A stretch of DNA of 64,000 nt from an uncultured Pseudomonadota bacterium (lineage in GTDB: Bacteria; Vulcanimicrobiota; Vulcanimicrobiia; Eremiobacterales; Eremiobacteraceae): positions 224,001 to 288,000 of the forward strand of contig CAVTNB010000003.1 in assembly GCA_963736005.1 (NCBI GenBank), given 5' to 3'. Made by a program: the position numbers and the translations under genes. Positions 18,757 to 27,339 of this stretch are shown in pieces (within the stretch, counting starts at the first letter, position 1; the number at the start of each line of letters is the position of its first letter). The notes below the pieces were generated by a model. The model worked only from the letters and a program-made list of their open reading frames with translations. It was not told the DNA's origin and ran no database searches.

Positions 18757-19595
18757 TCGTACACGCCCCGGCCCACTTTTCTCCCAAGACGGCCGGCCTT
18801 GACATACTTGACAAGCAAAGGGCAGGGCCGAAACTTTTCGCCGAGCGTCGCGTGCAGGTACTCGAGCACCCGCAGCCTCGTGTCGAGGCCGACGAGGTCG
18901 ATCATCTCAAATGGACCCATGGGATGGTTGAGCCCAAGCTTCATCGCTTTATCGATATCCCGGGCCGTTGCGACGCCTTCCATGAGCATGTAGAAAGCCT
19001 CGTTGCCGATCATCGCATTGATCCGACTCGTCGCAAAGCCCGGCGCCTCGTTGACGAGCACCGTTTCCTTCCCGCTTTGCGCGGCAACGGCTTGTGCGAC
19101 CTCGACTGCCCGAACGCCAGTTTCGAGGCCTCGCACAATTTCAATTAATTTCATGATGTGCGCAGGGTTGAAGTAATGCATGCCGATCACGCGGGAGGGA
19201 TCCTTCACCGCGGCGGCAATTTCGGTGATCGAGAGCGCGGAGGTATTGGTGGCGAAAATTGTTTGTGGCGGACAGAGTGCATCCAGTTGCGCGAACACGC
19301 TATGCTTGAGCGACATTTCTTCTGGTACGGCTTCGATCGCGAGATCCGCCTTTGATGCGGCGGCAAGCGCGGTTGAGGATGACAGTCTTGCCCGAGTTGC
19401 CTGCGCTTGCTCCGGCGTTACCTTGCCTCGCTCGACGCCGGCTAGAAGATTCTTCTCGATGGTTGCCATGCCGCGCTCGAGGGCTTGGCGCACCGTGTCC
19501 ACAAGCACGACCTCAAAGCCGCCTGCCGCTAGGCTATGAGCGATGCCGTTGCCCATGACGCCCGCGCCGACGACCACGACCGACCCTGTGGTCAA
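18687..19595 (-). CDS. 3-hydroxyacyl-CoA dehydrogenase (Hbd/PaaH-like)
   Basis: GAGVMGNGIA, EAVPE, TNTSAL, GMHYFNP, HPMGPFE, GRKVGRGVYDY. Confidence 0.92.
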   Translation of the reverse strand: MTTGSVVVVGAGVMGNGIAHSLAAGGFEVVLVDTVRQALERGMATIEKNLLAGVERGKVTPEQAQATRARLSSSTALAAASKADLAIEAVPEEMSLKHSVFAQLDALCPPQTIFATNTSALSITEIAAAVKDPSRVIGMHYFNPAHIMKLIEIVRGLETGVRAVEVAQAVAAQSGKETVLVNEAPGFATSRINAMIGNEAFYMLMEGVATARDIDKAMKLGLNHPMGPFEMIDLVGLDTRLRVLEYLHATLGEKFRPCPLLVKYVKAGRLGRKVGRGVYDYPDELAQVQDSKKRNAPSVNKV

Positions 19596-19600
19596 ACGTG

Positions 19601-19939
19601 CTATCCGATGCCGCCCGCTCGACGATGCATGGTTTCCATGTTCCAGGCGAGCATGCCGACGTGCCGGATCGCTTTGACCAATCGGTCGAAGACAGGCTCT
19701 CGATCGAGCGCAGCGTTTGCCGTGCGCATGTCATCGATGTATCTGCTCAGCGTGGCGACCCGCTTCATCGTGCCCGCCCACGCCCCGATGGGCTGCGAGG
19801 CGGTGACACCGCCGATCCTTTGCAGCACGGGAGGCTGTGGGGCATCGGGATACGCAATCGTGAATTCAAGCCGGGCGAGCGAATAGTCAGCGATGGCTCG
19901 ATTGAGTCGGGAAATGCCGATGTGCAAATGTCGTGCCAC
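19601..19939 (-). CDS. Hypothetical protein
   Basis: GTG start after GAGGGGG; ends 5 nt before the dehydrogenase start. Confidence 0.5.
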   Translation of the reverse strand: MARHLHIGISRLNRAIADYSLARLEFTIAYPDAPQPPVLQRIGGVTASQPIGAWAGTMKRVATLSRYIDDMRTANAALDREPVFDRLVKAIRHVGMLAWNMETMHRRAGGIG

Positions 19940-19969
19940 TCGTCCCCCTCGTCGCGTTGCGGTAGCGCG

Positions 19970-20446
19970 ATGAGCGCCCCTTCGCGCGAGGGGCAGCCGC
20001 CTCATCCTCGCGCTTCAGTGAAAATTAAGCGCTTGCGGCCTGGCGCTGCATCGCAACTTTTTCAGTACCTGCACGATAAGGACATTTGGCCCGTGCCGCG
20101 CGAGGCCGATCTTGCTTCGTTCTTAGGGCAAAAAGACGCGGTAGTATTCTGCGCCCTCGCAGACGGCCAGATTGCCAGCGTGCTGAGCGGGGTCATCGAC
20201 CAGACGACGGTTCGATTGGTTCACGTTCTTATCGAAGCAGGCAGCAGGGAGCGAGCGCGGCTTCTGCTGTCTTGTTTTGAAACGTTTGCCAGAGAAGCCA
20301 ACGCACGCGTCGTTTTTGCTCAAGTGGTGCGCGATTCGCACGCTCATCGAGCGCTTTTGGAGAACAACTACACGCAAGATTTTACGGAGACAGACGTCGT
20401 CGCCGGCCGAATCGTTTCCATGGTCGATTTGACCAAAATTCTCTAG
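19970..20446 (+). CDS. Hypothetical GNAT-like protein
   Basis: C-terminal part of ORF 19598..20446 has a GNAT-like pattern (VFCALADGQIA...LLLSCFETFARE...); acetyl-CoA motif is degenerate. Confidence 0.5.
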   Translation: MSAPSREGQPPHPRASVKIKRLRPGAASQLFQYLHDKDIWPVPREADLASFLGQKDAVVFCALADGQIASVLSGVIDQTTVRLVHVLIEAGSRERARLLLSCFETFAREANARVVFAQVVRDSHAHRALLENNYTQDFTETDVVAGRIVSMVDLTKIL

Positions 20447-20507
20447 CTTCGTTCCCGGATAGACTCGTCTTTCTCTCGCGTGATATACTAAGCGTGAGGA
20501 GCGTTGT

Positions 20508-21041
20508 ATGCCCGAAATCATCCTGCCGGACGCTAAGCCCGCGTTCGAATGGGTCAACGGTCGTTTTCTACAAAAAGTGAGCCCGCAGCGCAAACATGCG
20601 CTTGCGCAGACACGTTTCGCCGTGGCCCTGGATGCCTGGTCAGCTGCGCTCGACAACGGCATGGTGGGCACCGAATGGCGCTTTGCGCTCCAGCCACCCG
20701 GCGAGGAACGACGCACCCTCGTGCCGGATATCGCATTCCTTTCCTACGAGCGGATGCCGAGCGAGGAGCAAGAGATGACTGACGTGCCGTGCATCGCTCC
20801 AGATGCGGTCGTCGAAATACTGTCTCCCGACGATCGAAGGGAGGACGTCAAAGAAAAATCGCGCGTCTATCTTGCCGCTGGGACGAGAGTCATCTTTATC
20901 GTTGACCCTGACCAGAGAACCGTCATTGCGCGCGATGCGAGCGGGTCGCGTATCGCGCGCGATTCAGAAATGCTCGAACACTCCGCCCTGCCTGGCTTTT
21001 GCATGCCAGTGCGCACGCTGTTTCAACTCCGCCGCAAATAA
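20508..21041 (+). CDS. Uma2 family (DUF820) PD-(D/E)xK endonuclease-like protein
   Basis: EWVNG, VPDIAF, APDAVVEILSP, YLAAG, VDP. Confidence 0.9.
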   Translation: MPEIILPDAKPAFEWVNGRFLQKVSPQRKHALAQTRFAVALDAWSAALDNGMVGTEWRFALQPPGEERRTLVPDIAFLSYERMPSEEQEMTDVPCIAPDAVVEILSPDDRREDVKEKSRVYLAAGTRVIFIVDPDQRTVIARDASGSRIARDSEMLEHSALPGFCMPVRTLFQLRRK

Positions 21042-21049
21042 TTCGAGAT

Positions 21050-21544
21050 TCAGGCCTTGGGATGGAAGGTGAGCGCTACACCGTTCATGCAGTAGCGCAA
21101 CCCCGTGGGCTTTGGCCCATCGTCAAACACATGACCCAAATGGCTGCCGCAGCGGCTGCAATGCACTTCAGTGCGAGTCTCGATCCACGAATTGTCGACC
21201 GAAGTTTCGACCGCATTTGGCAACGGAGCCCAAAAACTCGGCCAACCGGTACCGCTGTCGAACTTGGTTGCGGATGAGAATAGCGCGAGATCGCAGCCGG
21301 CGCACGAGAACGTACCTTCCCGATGCTCCTTCTCGAGCGGGCTACTAAAAGCAGGCTCGGTTCCCGCCTGTCTTAGGACCGCGTACTGTTCGGGGGTGAG
21401 CCGGGCGCGCCACTGCGCGTCGGTCAATTCGAATTCATAATGTTTCGTCTGAGCCAAAGCGATGGATCTCCTTCCCATGACTCGTTCGGCGATAAAAGCG
21501 ACCCCGATCGCGAGGCCCGCTCGTAGCAATGTCTGTCGGGTCAT
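21050..21544 (-). CDS. msrB: Peptide-methionine (R)-S-oxide reductase MsrB with export-signal-like N-terminus
   Basis: GTEPAFS, KFDSGTGWPSF, HLGHVFDDGP, RYCMNG. Confidence 0.95.
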   Translation of the reverse strand: MTRQTLLRAGLAIGVAFIAERVMGRRSIALAQTKHYEFELTDAQWRARLTPEQYAVLRQAGTEPAFSSPLEKEHREGTFSCAGCDLALFSSATKFDSGTGWPSFWAPLPNAVETSVDNSWIETRTEVHCSRCGSHLGHVFDDGPKPTGLRYCMNGVALTFHPKA

Positions 21545-21627
21545 AGGTTCTTTATTGCCTCCTGGGGCGATTTCGACACATTGATCCCTTCACTCATTAT
21601 ACGCGCCAGCGGGCCAAATGGTTTACT

Positions 21628-22191
21628 TTACGTGTCGTGATCCACATAATATGCCCCCCGAATCTTCTGGATGAGTCCGATGGCCACTTGGGCGCCATGC
21701 CCGGCTGAAATGATCGCCTGACTCGGCAAGCCTGTGATCCGACCGACCGCCAAGCAGCCCGCCACGCGAGTTTGGCCGACCGCATCAACGCTGACGAATT
21801 TGTTGCCGAAACCCCCAAGCGTCAACCCAAGTTGCAGGGCCAGGTCCGTCCGCTTGTTCGAGGCGATGATAAAATGAGTGCAGGTGCATGAGCGCCCGCT
21901 TGCATCGATCTCAAATCCATCGCTTGTCTTTCGTACCGCGGTGATTTGGTCATCGAAGCAACGCACGCCGAAGCGCTCCACTTGCCGGCGGCCCAGATCC
22001 AACAGCTCCGCGCCGCCGACGCCTTCCGGAAACCCAAGATAGTTATATACCTTTGCGACGCGTCGCAAGCTCGACTGCGCGCCATCGAAAACGGCAACGT
22101 TGACGCCCGCTCGCGCCAAGAACAAAGCGCATGACAAGCCGGCTGCTCCGCCGCCGGCAATGATGACATCAAAACGCTCCCGAGCGATCAT
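21628..22191 (-). CDS. Short thioredoxin-reductase-like FAD-dependent oxidoreductase
   Basis: IIAGGGAAGLS, NYLGFPEG, QAIISAGHGA; 187 aa with no NADPH domain or CxxC. Confidence 0.8.
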   Translation of the reverse strand: MIARERFDVIIAGGGAAGLSCALFLARAGVNVAVFDGAQSSLRRVAKVYNYLGFPEGVGGAELLDLGRRQVERFGVRCFDDQITAVRKTSDGFEIDASGRSCTCTHFIIASNKRTDLALQLGLTLGGFGNKFVSVDAVGQTRVAGCLAVGRITGLPSQAIISAGHGAQVAIGLIQKIRGAYYVDHDT

Positions 22192-23006
22192 AGCAAGCGC
22201 AGCTCGCCCGTCTCTTTTGGCGCGGGTTCGCCCAAGCGGACAATCATGCTGCGCACCGTGGCCGGAGCGTACCCCTCGTAGTCGTTGCTCGCGTAGGCGT
22301 AAATATCGGTGCACGTGGCTCGCAGCGAGCGGATCAAACGCTCCCAGACATCCAGCGACCCGCTGCGGTCAAGCTGTACGCAATCGTATTTTGGAAAACT
22401 CTGGTCGCCTAACCAGCGAATGTAGGCGTACGGAACGGCCGGTTGACGCACCAGCTCTTCGACGATTCTCGACGCCAGTGTGGTATCGCCGTGCGATCCG
22501 TCCGTCACCGCGAGCGTGAACTTCACGGCGCGGGCAAAATCAAAGAGCGTGCTATCGTACCAGCGCGGATCGCGAAGCTCGAGCGCGACCGGGAGATCTC
22601 CGGGCAGTTCCGTTTCCAAAAATGAAAAGAGCGCGGCGCGGGCATCTCGTGTCGGCGCAAAGTCAGGTGGGCACTGAATGAGGATGGCGCCCGCTTTGTC
22701 GCCCATCGCTCTGACGCGGGTGAGAAAGGCGGCAAAGTACGTGTCCGCGTTGACGAAGCGGCGCTCGTGCGTCACGGTCGAGGGCGTCTTGAAGGAAAAA
22801 GTAAAACCATCGCAACTGCGCTGGCGCCATAATTGGACCGTGGTCGCGCGCGGAATGCCATAGTACGACGAGTCGACCTCGACCGACGAAAAGATGCCAG
22901 AGTAAAACGCAAGCATGTCGGGCGCCTTGGTGCCAGGCGGGTAAAACGGTCCGACCCAGTCCTTATAATTCCAACTCGAGGTGCCGAAGTGGAGCCGAGC
23001 GCTCAC
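22188..23006 (-). CDS. DUF72 (YecE-like) protein
   Basis: GTSSWNYKDWVGPFYP, VEVDSSYY, F.FK, ELRDPRW, YIRW, NDYEG.A. Confidence 0.9.
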   Translation of the reverse strand: MSARLHFGTSSWNYKDWVGPFYPPGTKAPDMLAFYSGIFSSVEVDSSYYGIPRATTVQLWRQRSCDGFTFSFKTPSTVTHERRFVNADTYFAAFLTRVRAMGDKAGAILIQCPPDFAPTRDARAALFSFLETELPGDLPVALELRDPRWYDSTLFDFARAVKFTLAVTDGSHGDTTLASRIVEELVRQPAVPYAYIRWLGDQSFPKYDCVQLDRSGSLDVWERLIRSLRATCTDIYAYASNDYEGYAPATVRSMIVRLGEPAPKETGELRLL

Positions 23007-23698
23007 GCAAGGCTAAGCACGCCATCGATGGCAAGGCGCAGGTCGTCCGCAACCTCATCGGCTGGCCGATCGGCATCGATCACCTGAAAGCCATATTCGC
23101 TCGTCATGCTCTCGAATTGGTGCAGCACGCGAGCCTGGTATTCTTTAAACGAATCGAACATGTCGTTGCCCAAGCGCAAATCCATGCCCGATTCCCAATA
23201 ATTAAATCCCTTGCTTGAATTGATCGTTCGTTCGATCAGTTCGTTGACGCCCAACTTGAGGTACAGCACTTTGTCCGGTATCGGCGCGAAACCGTAGACT
23301 TCTCGAATCCACTGCGGATCCGCGCCTCGCACCACAGCTCGGGCGATGGCCGAGTAAATGTAGCGGTCGGCCAAGATGATGTAGCCGGAGCGCAAGCCAG
23401 GGATGATTTGGCCTTCGACGATATCGGCAAAGTCGGTCGCATAGTAAAGGAAGAGCGTGATGGAGCCCAGCGTGTGTCCTTGCTTGGCCTGCTTGATACC
23501 CTTGCCTGCGAGCTCGGAGCGCGTGAAGCCCGTTTCAATGACCGCGCTGCCGCGACCCTCGAGCCAGCGGCGCAGCTCGGCAATTTGCGTGGAGCGCCCG
23601 ACGCCATCGGGTCCTTCGACGACGATCAGCTTGCCGCGAATTTCTCCGACGCTCTCGAGATTGGTGGGAGCGTCGCCATAAAAACGAAGCTTCCTCAC
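23003..23698 (-). CDS. Thymidylate-kinase-like protein, second paralog (Walker A K->R)
   Basis: VEGPDGVGRSTQ, ADRY. Confidence 0.85.
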   Translation of the reverse strand: MRKLRFYGDAPTNLESVGEIRGKLIVVEGPDGVGRSTQIAELRRWLEGRGSAVIETGFTRSELAGKGIKQAKQGHTLGSITLFLYYATDFADIVEGQIIPGLRSGYIILADRYIYSAIARAVVRGADPQWIREVYGFAPIPDKVLYLKLGVNELIERTINSSKGFNYWESGMDLRLGNDMFDSFKEYQARVLHQFESMTSEYGFQVIDADRPADEVADDLRLAIDGVLSLA

Positions 23699-24405
23699 GC
23701 TGATTTCGATTCCGGTTTGCCCTGCGCGCCAAGCCGGCTCTTCCGCGGCATATGCTTCTTGACGATATTTCGCATCTGCCGCTGTTGATCTTCGATGGTC
23801 TTCGTTGCATCCATGACGGTGAAGTTGAATTCATCCGTCATCTTTTCATACTCGCTGACGATGCGCGCCTGAAAGAGCCGAAACGATTCCATGGGATCCT
23901 GGGAGAGCCCGATATCGAGGCCGGCTTCGTAGTACTTGAGGTCAGGCCGGCCCATGACGATGCGGTCAAGCGCGACGTCCAAGGGCACGCGGAAGTAGAA
24001 CGCAACCGTTGGCGCTGCCGCGAAGCGATAGAGGTGACGCACCCAGCGTGGTGAGACTCCGCGCGCGACATCGCGGGCGAACGCCGTGAAGCAATAGCGG
24101 TCGCACAGCACGACTGCGCCCGCTTTGAGATACGGAATGATCTCGTGTTCAGTGCGGTCGGCGAAGTCGGTGGCGTGAATGAGGCTAAAGGTTGTGGGCG
24201 TGAGCAGTTGCTTCTTTTTTCCGCGCGAGGTCGTGTTCTTCACGAGCGGTGACGAATTCCACTCGGAGAACTTTACCGCATAGCCTTCGCTCTTGAGCCA
24301 CTCGTGCAGGAGGACGATCTGCGTGCTCTTGCCCGACCCGTCGATCCCTTCGACACAAAAAAGTCGGCCGGGATAGCGTTGGTCTGAAAGGCCGTTCAAA
24401 GACAT
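23695..24405 (-). CDS. tmk: Thymidylate-kinase-like protein, first paralog
   Basis: VEGIDGSGKSTQ, CDRY. Confidence 0.8.
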   Translation of the reverse strand: MSLNGLSDQRYPGRLFCVEGIDGSGKSTQIVLLHEWLKSEGYAVKFSEWNSSPLVKNTTSRGKKKQLLTPTTFSLIHATDFADRTEHEIIPYLKAGAVVLCDRYCFTAFARDVARGVSPRWVRHLYRFAAAPTVAFYFRVPLDVALDRIVMGRPDLKYYEAGLDIGLSQDPMESFRLFQARIVSEYEKMTDEFNFTVMDATKTIEDQQRQMRNIVKKHMPRKSRLGAQGKPESKSA

Positions 24406-24451
24406 AACTATGGGTAATTCGCAAGACGGCGTGGGGTCTCCTTAGCGGCAC

Positions 24452-24521
24452 GTGAAGGGGCGATTGGAAAATCGCCCCGCGTAGTCCCGGTACATCTAGC
24501 GGGCGACGGTAAAGTCGCCCG
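24452..24521 (+). repeat. Two REP type A variants between tmk-like operon and mutY
   Basis: GGGGCGATT-GGAA-AATCGCCCC (24457-24478) and CTAG-CGGGCGAC-GGTAAA-GTCGCCCG (24496-24521). Confidence 0.8.
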
Positions 24522-24564
24522 TCACCCGAGCAGGAGGCAGCCCTCCGCCGTTGCACAGGCGTTC

Positions 24565-25461
24565 ATGGCTCGAACACCTGCCCGTCCCGATCCTATCAGG
24601 CTTAAGAAACTGCAGCGCAGTGTTCTCGAGTTCTACGCAACGCGACGGCGCGACCTTCCCTGGCGCCACACACGCGATCCGTACCGAATCCTCGTGTCGG
24701 AAATCATGCTGCAACAGACGCAGGTCGATCGCGTCATACCGAAATATCGCAAGTTTCTTGCGATATTTCCGACCATGCGTTCCTTGGCGAAGGCGCGGTT
24801 CGGACGAGTGCTTCGCATCTGGCTCGGTCTTGGTTACAACAGCCGCGCACTGCGGTTATGGAAATGCGCTCGTGCCGTTGTTCGTGATGGCGGCGGGCGT
24901 CTTCCCCGCGACCAGCACGAACTGCAACAACTACCGGGCCTAGGCCCCTACACCGCATCCGCGCTTTTGAGTTTTGCATTTGGCGCTCAAGTGCCGGTCG
25001 TGGACACGAACGTCCGTCGTGTTCTCGTACGGACGCTCACCGGCCGCGATCACGCAGCGCCGGCGCGAGTCGCCGCGCTTGCCCGCGCAGCGCTTCCTCG
25101 GGGTCAAAGCTCGCAATGGGCGCAGGCGCTGATGGATGTGGGCGCGCTCTTTTGCAAATCCACTCCGAAGTGCACGCTGTGCCCCGCACGTTTGGGCTGC
25201 GCCTACGCGAAGCGGGTTTCGATCAAACGCGCTTCGCCGCATTCGCGCACGCCTTTCGTCGGATCGAATCGCTTTTATCGCGGGCGCATCATGCGCGAGC
25301 TGTGCACCCGCCGGAGCGCCGACCTTGCCGCGATCGGACGGCAGGTGAAGGAAAATTTTGAGGCAAGAGACGCCGCGTGGCTCGACGACATTCTCCAGGG
25401 CTTGCAGCGCGACGGTCTCGTCGTGGTCGATCGCTCTCGACAGCGGGTTCGTCTCGCCTAA
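24565..25461 (+). CDS. mutY: A/G-specific adenine glycosylase MutY (short C-terminus type)
   Basis: RDLPWR, VSEIMLQQTQV, WLGLGYNSRA, LPGLGPYTA, VDTNVRR, Fe-S Cys motif. Confidence 0.92.
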   Translation: MARTPARPDPIRLKKLQRSVLEFYATRRRDLPWRHTRDPYRILVSEIMLQQTQVDRVIPKYRKFLAIFPTMRSLAKARFGRVLRIWLGLGYNSRALRLWKCARAVVRDGGGRLPRDQHELQQLPGLGPYTASALLSFAFGAQVPVVDTNVRRVLVRTLTGRDHAAPARVAALARAALPRGQSSQWAQALMDVGALFCKSTPKCTLCPARLGCAYAKRVSIKRASPHSRTPFVGSNRFYRGRIMRELCTRRSADLAAIGRQVKENFEARDAAWLDDILQGLQRDGLVVVDRSRQRVRLA

Positions 25462-26129
25462 CTCCTGCTCGGCGCAGAGCCGAGATCCTTGCGCGACTTG
25501 CTCGGACGTACCCGCACGCCACGACCGCCCTGCATCACGTCAATACTTTCCAGCTGCTCATCGCAGTGATCTTGTCAGCGCAATGCACCGATGCGCGCGT
25601 CAACATGGTGACGCCCGCGCTTTTCAAAGCGTTTGCGACGCCGCAAGCCATGGCGAAGGCGCCGCTGCGAACGCTCGAACGGTATATTCGAAGTTGCGGA
25701 TTCTTCCGCGTCAAAGCAAAAAACATCAGAGGCGCTGCCCGCACGCTTGTCGAGCGCTTTCATGGGCGCGTGCCTCACACGATGGAGGAGCTGCTCGCAC
25801 TTCCCGGCGTCGGCCGCAAAACCGCAAATGTGATTCTGGCAACCGCCTATCACCAAGGCGCCATTGCCGTTGACACCCACGTTTTTCGCGTTGCGAACCG
25901 ACTCGGGCTCGTGCACGCGACCACACCGGCAAAAACGGAAACGCAGCTCTTGAAAGTCGTTCCAAAGACAGATTGGCCTCATGTCTCCCACTGGCTCATT
26001 TTCCATGGCCGGCAAATCTGTCACGCGCGCAATCCTGAGTGTGCGCGCTGCCCGGTGGTCGACCTGTGCCCCAGCGCCAAGCGATTCTTGAAACAAGAAG
26101 AGCGCGTCAGCGAAAAAACGATGGGTTGA
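25377..26129 (+). CDS. nth: Endonuclease III
   Basis: LIAVILSAQCTDARVN, LPGVGRKTANV, VDTHVFRV, HGRQIC..RNPECARC...CP. Start uncertain. Confidence 0.92.
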   Translation: MARRHSPGLAARRSRRGRSLSTAGSSRLTPARRRAEILARLARTYPHATTALHHVNTFQLLIAVILSAQCTDARVNMVTPALFKAFATPQAMAKAPLRTLERYIRSCGFFRVKAKNIRGAARTLVERFHGRVPHTMEELLALPGVGRKTANVILATAYHQGAIAVDTHVFRVANRLGLVHATTPAKTETQLLKVVPKTDWPHVSHWLIFHGRQICHARNPECARCPVVDLCPSAKRFLKQEERVSEKTMG

Positions 26130-27339
26130 CGATGGCTTTGAGCACGATCGAACGCAGAGCGCGCCGGCGGTCAAGCGTTCCTAAACCGTACCCGATTGCT
26201 CGACTCGCGTAGTACGAACTCTCCCGCGCGCGCCGCACGATGAGATTCATGAGAGTCGCGCTCTTTGCGAGGTTTTTGAGCAGCCGGCCCGAGGAGAGAT
26301 ACCCTCCGGCTTCTGCTATCCATTCACGTTGGTGCCTCGCCAGAACGTGACGCGAAGCATCGTTTGTCGCGAGCGCAGCCAGTGCCGCTCGCGCAGCCGA
26401 TCTGCCCGATACCAATGCCGTCCAAATGCCCTCGCCCGTCAGCGGGTCGACGAGCGAAGCGGCATCGCCGCACAGCAAGGCGCCGTCGAAGACCGTCCGA
26501 CGATGCGCGCTTGAAACCGGGAGCGGCCAGCCGATCGCGCGGCCGATCGGCTTTGCGTTGTCGAAGCGGCCGCGCAGGTTAGGCTCGGTGGCGATGAAGT
26601 CGTCCAGGATGTTGCGCAGCTTGCGCGCCGATCGATCGAGCTCGCCCGAATAGATTCCAATCCCAACGTTGGCCGTTGTCGGCCCTGTTGGGAAGACCCA
26701 GCCGTAGCCGGGCAAGAGCTGCTTGTCGAAATAATAGATTTCAAGATCTTGATTCAGTCCCGTGACTCCGGAATAGTAGCCGCGCAGTGCGTACCCGAGG
26801 TCGCGGGGAGATGCTGCGCGCACCCCTAGCAATTTGGCAACAGTTGAATGCGCACCGTCGGCGCCGATAACGACTTTCGCTGCGAGCTTTCGCACGCCGC
26901 CACCATCATCATACTCCACGCCGGTGGTCGCCCCGTTGCTGCGCATCAAGGTCGTCACGTTCGCGCTCTGTACAAGCGTAGCGCCCGCCCGAACTGCAGA
27001 GTTTGCTACGCATTCGTCGAGCACCATCCGAGGCACGACCCAGCACTCCACAGGCCGACCATCTTTCGCCGGCGGAGCGGCCGCAAAAGTGTTCCCGTCG
27101 GGTCCGCCGATACGTCCCCCCAACGTGCGAACGGCGCGATCGCCGAAGGATGCGAACGTTACGCCCATCTCTTCGAGAATGTCCACCGCATGCGCGGTCA
27201 CGCCATCTCCGCAGCTCTTGTCTCGCGGAAAACGGGCGCGCTCGAGCATGATAACTTCCGCGCCGGCGGATGCAAGCACAGATGCTGCCGCCGCGCCTCC
27301 CGGACCGGCTCCAACGATGACGACGTCAGCGGCCTTCAA
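26107..27339 (-). CDS. Geranylgeranyl reductase family FAD oxidoreductase
   Basis: VVIVGAGPGG, FPRDKSCGDG, GADGAHS, GYGWVFP, GDAASLVDPLTGEGI; TTG start 27339. Confidence 0.88.
   Translation of the reverse strand: MKAADVVIVGAGPGGAAAASVLASAGAEVIMLERARFPRDKSCGDGVTAHAVDILEEMGVTFASFGDRAVRTLGGRIGGPDGNTFAAAPPAKDGRPVECWVVPRMVLDECVANSAVRAGATLVQSANVTTLMRSNGATTGVEYDDGGGVRKLAAKVVIGADGAHSTVAKLLGVRAASPRDLGYALRGYYSGVTGLNQDLEIYYFDKQLLPGYGWVFPTGPTTANVGIGIYSGELDRSARKLRNILDDFIATEPNLRGRFDNAKPIGRAIGWPLPVSSAHRRTVFDGALLCGDAASLVDPLTGEGIWTALVSGRSAARAALAALATNDASRHVLARHQREWIAEAGGYLSSGRLLKNLAKSATLMNLIVRRARESSYYASRAIGYGLGTLDRRRALRSIVLKAIVNPSFFR

Noticed and set aside
19598..19969. N-terminal extension of the 282-aa plus ORF
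   Set aside because: Overlaps a minus-strand ORF with a better RBS and operon context; only the C-terminal GNAT-like part is kept.
20508..21041. Uma2 nuclease as part of a defence or restriction system
   Set aside because: Stand-alone gene with no methylase or defence partners; the family is commonly scattered in genomes.
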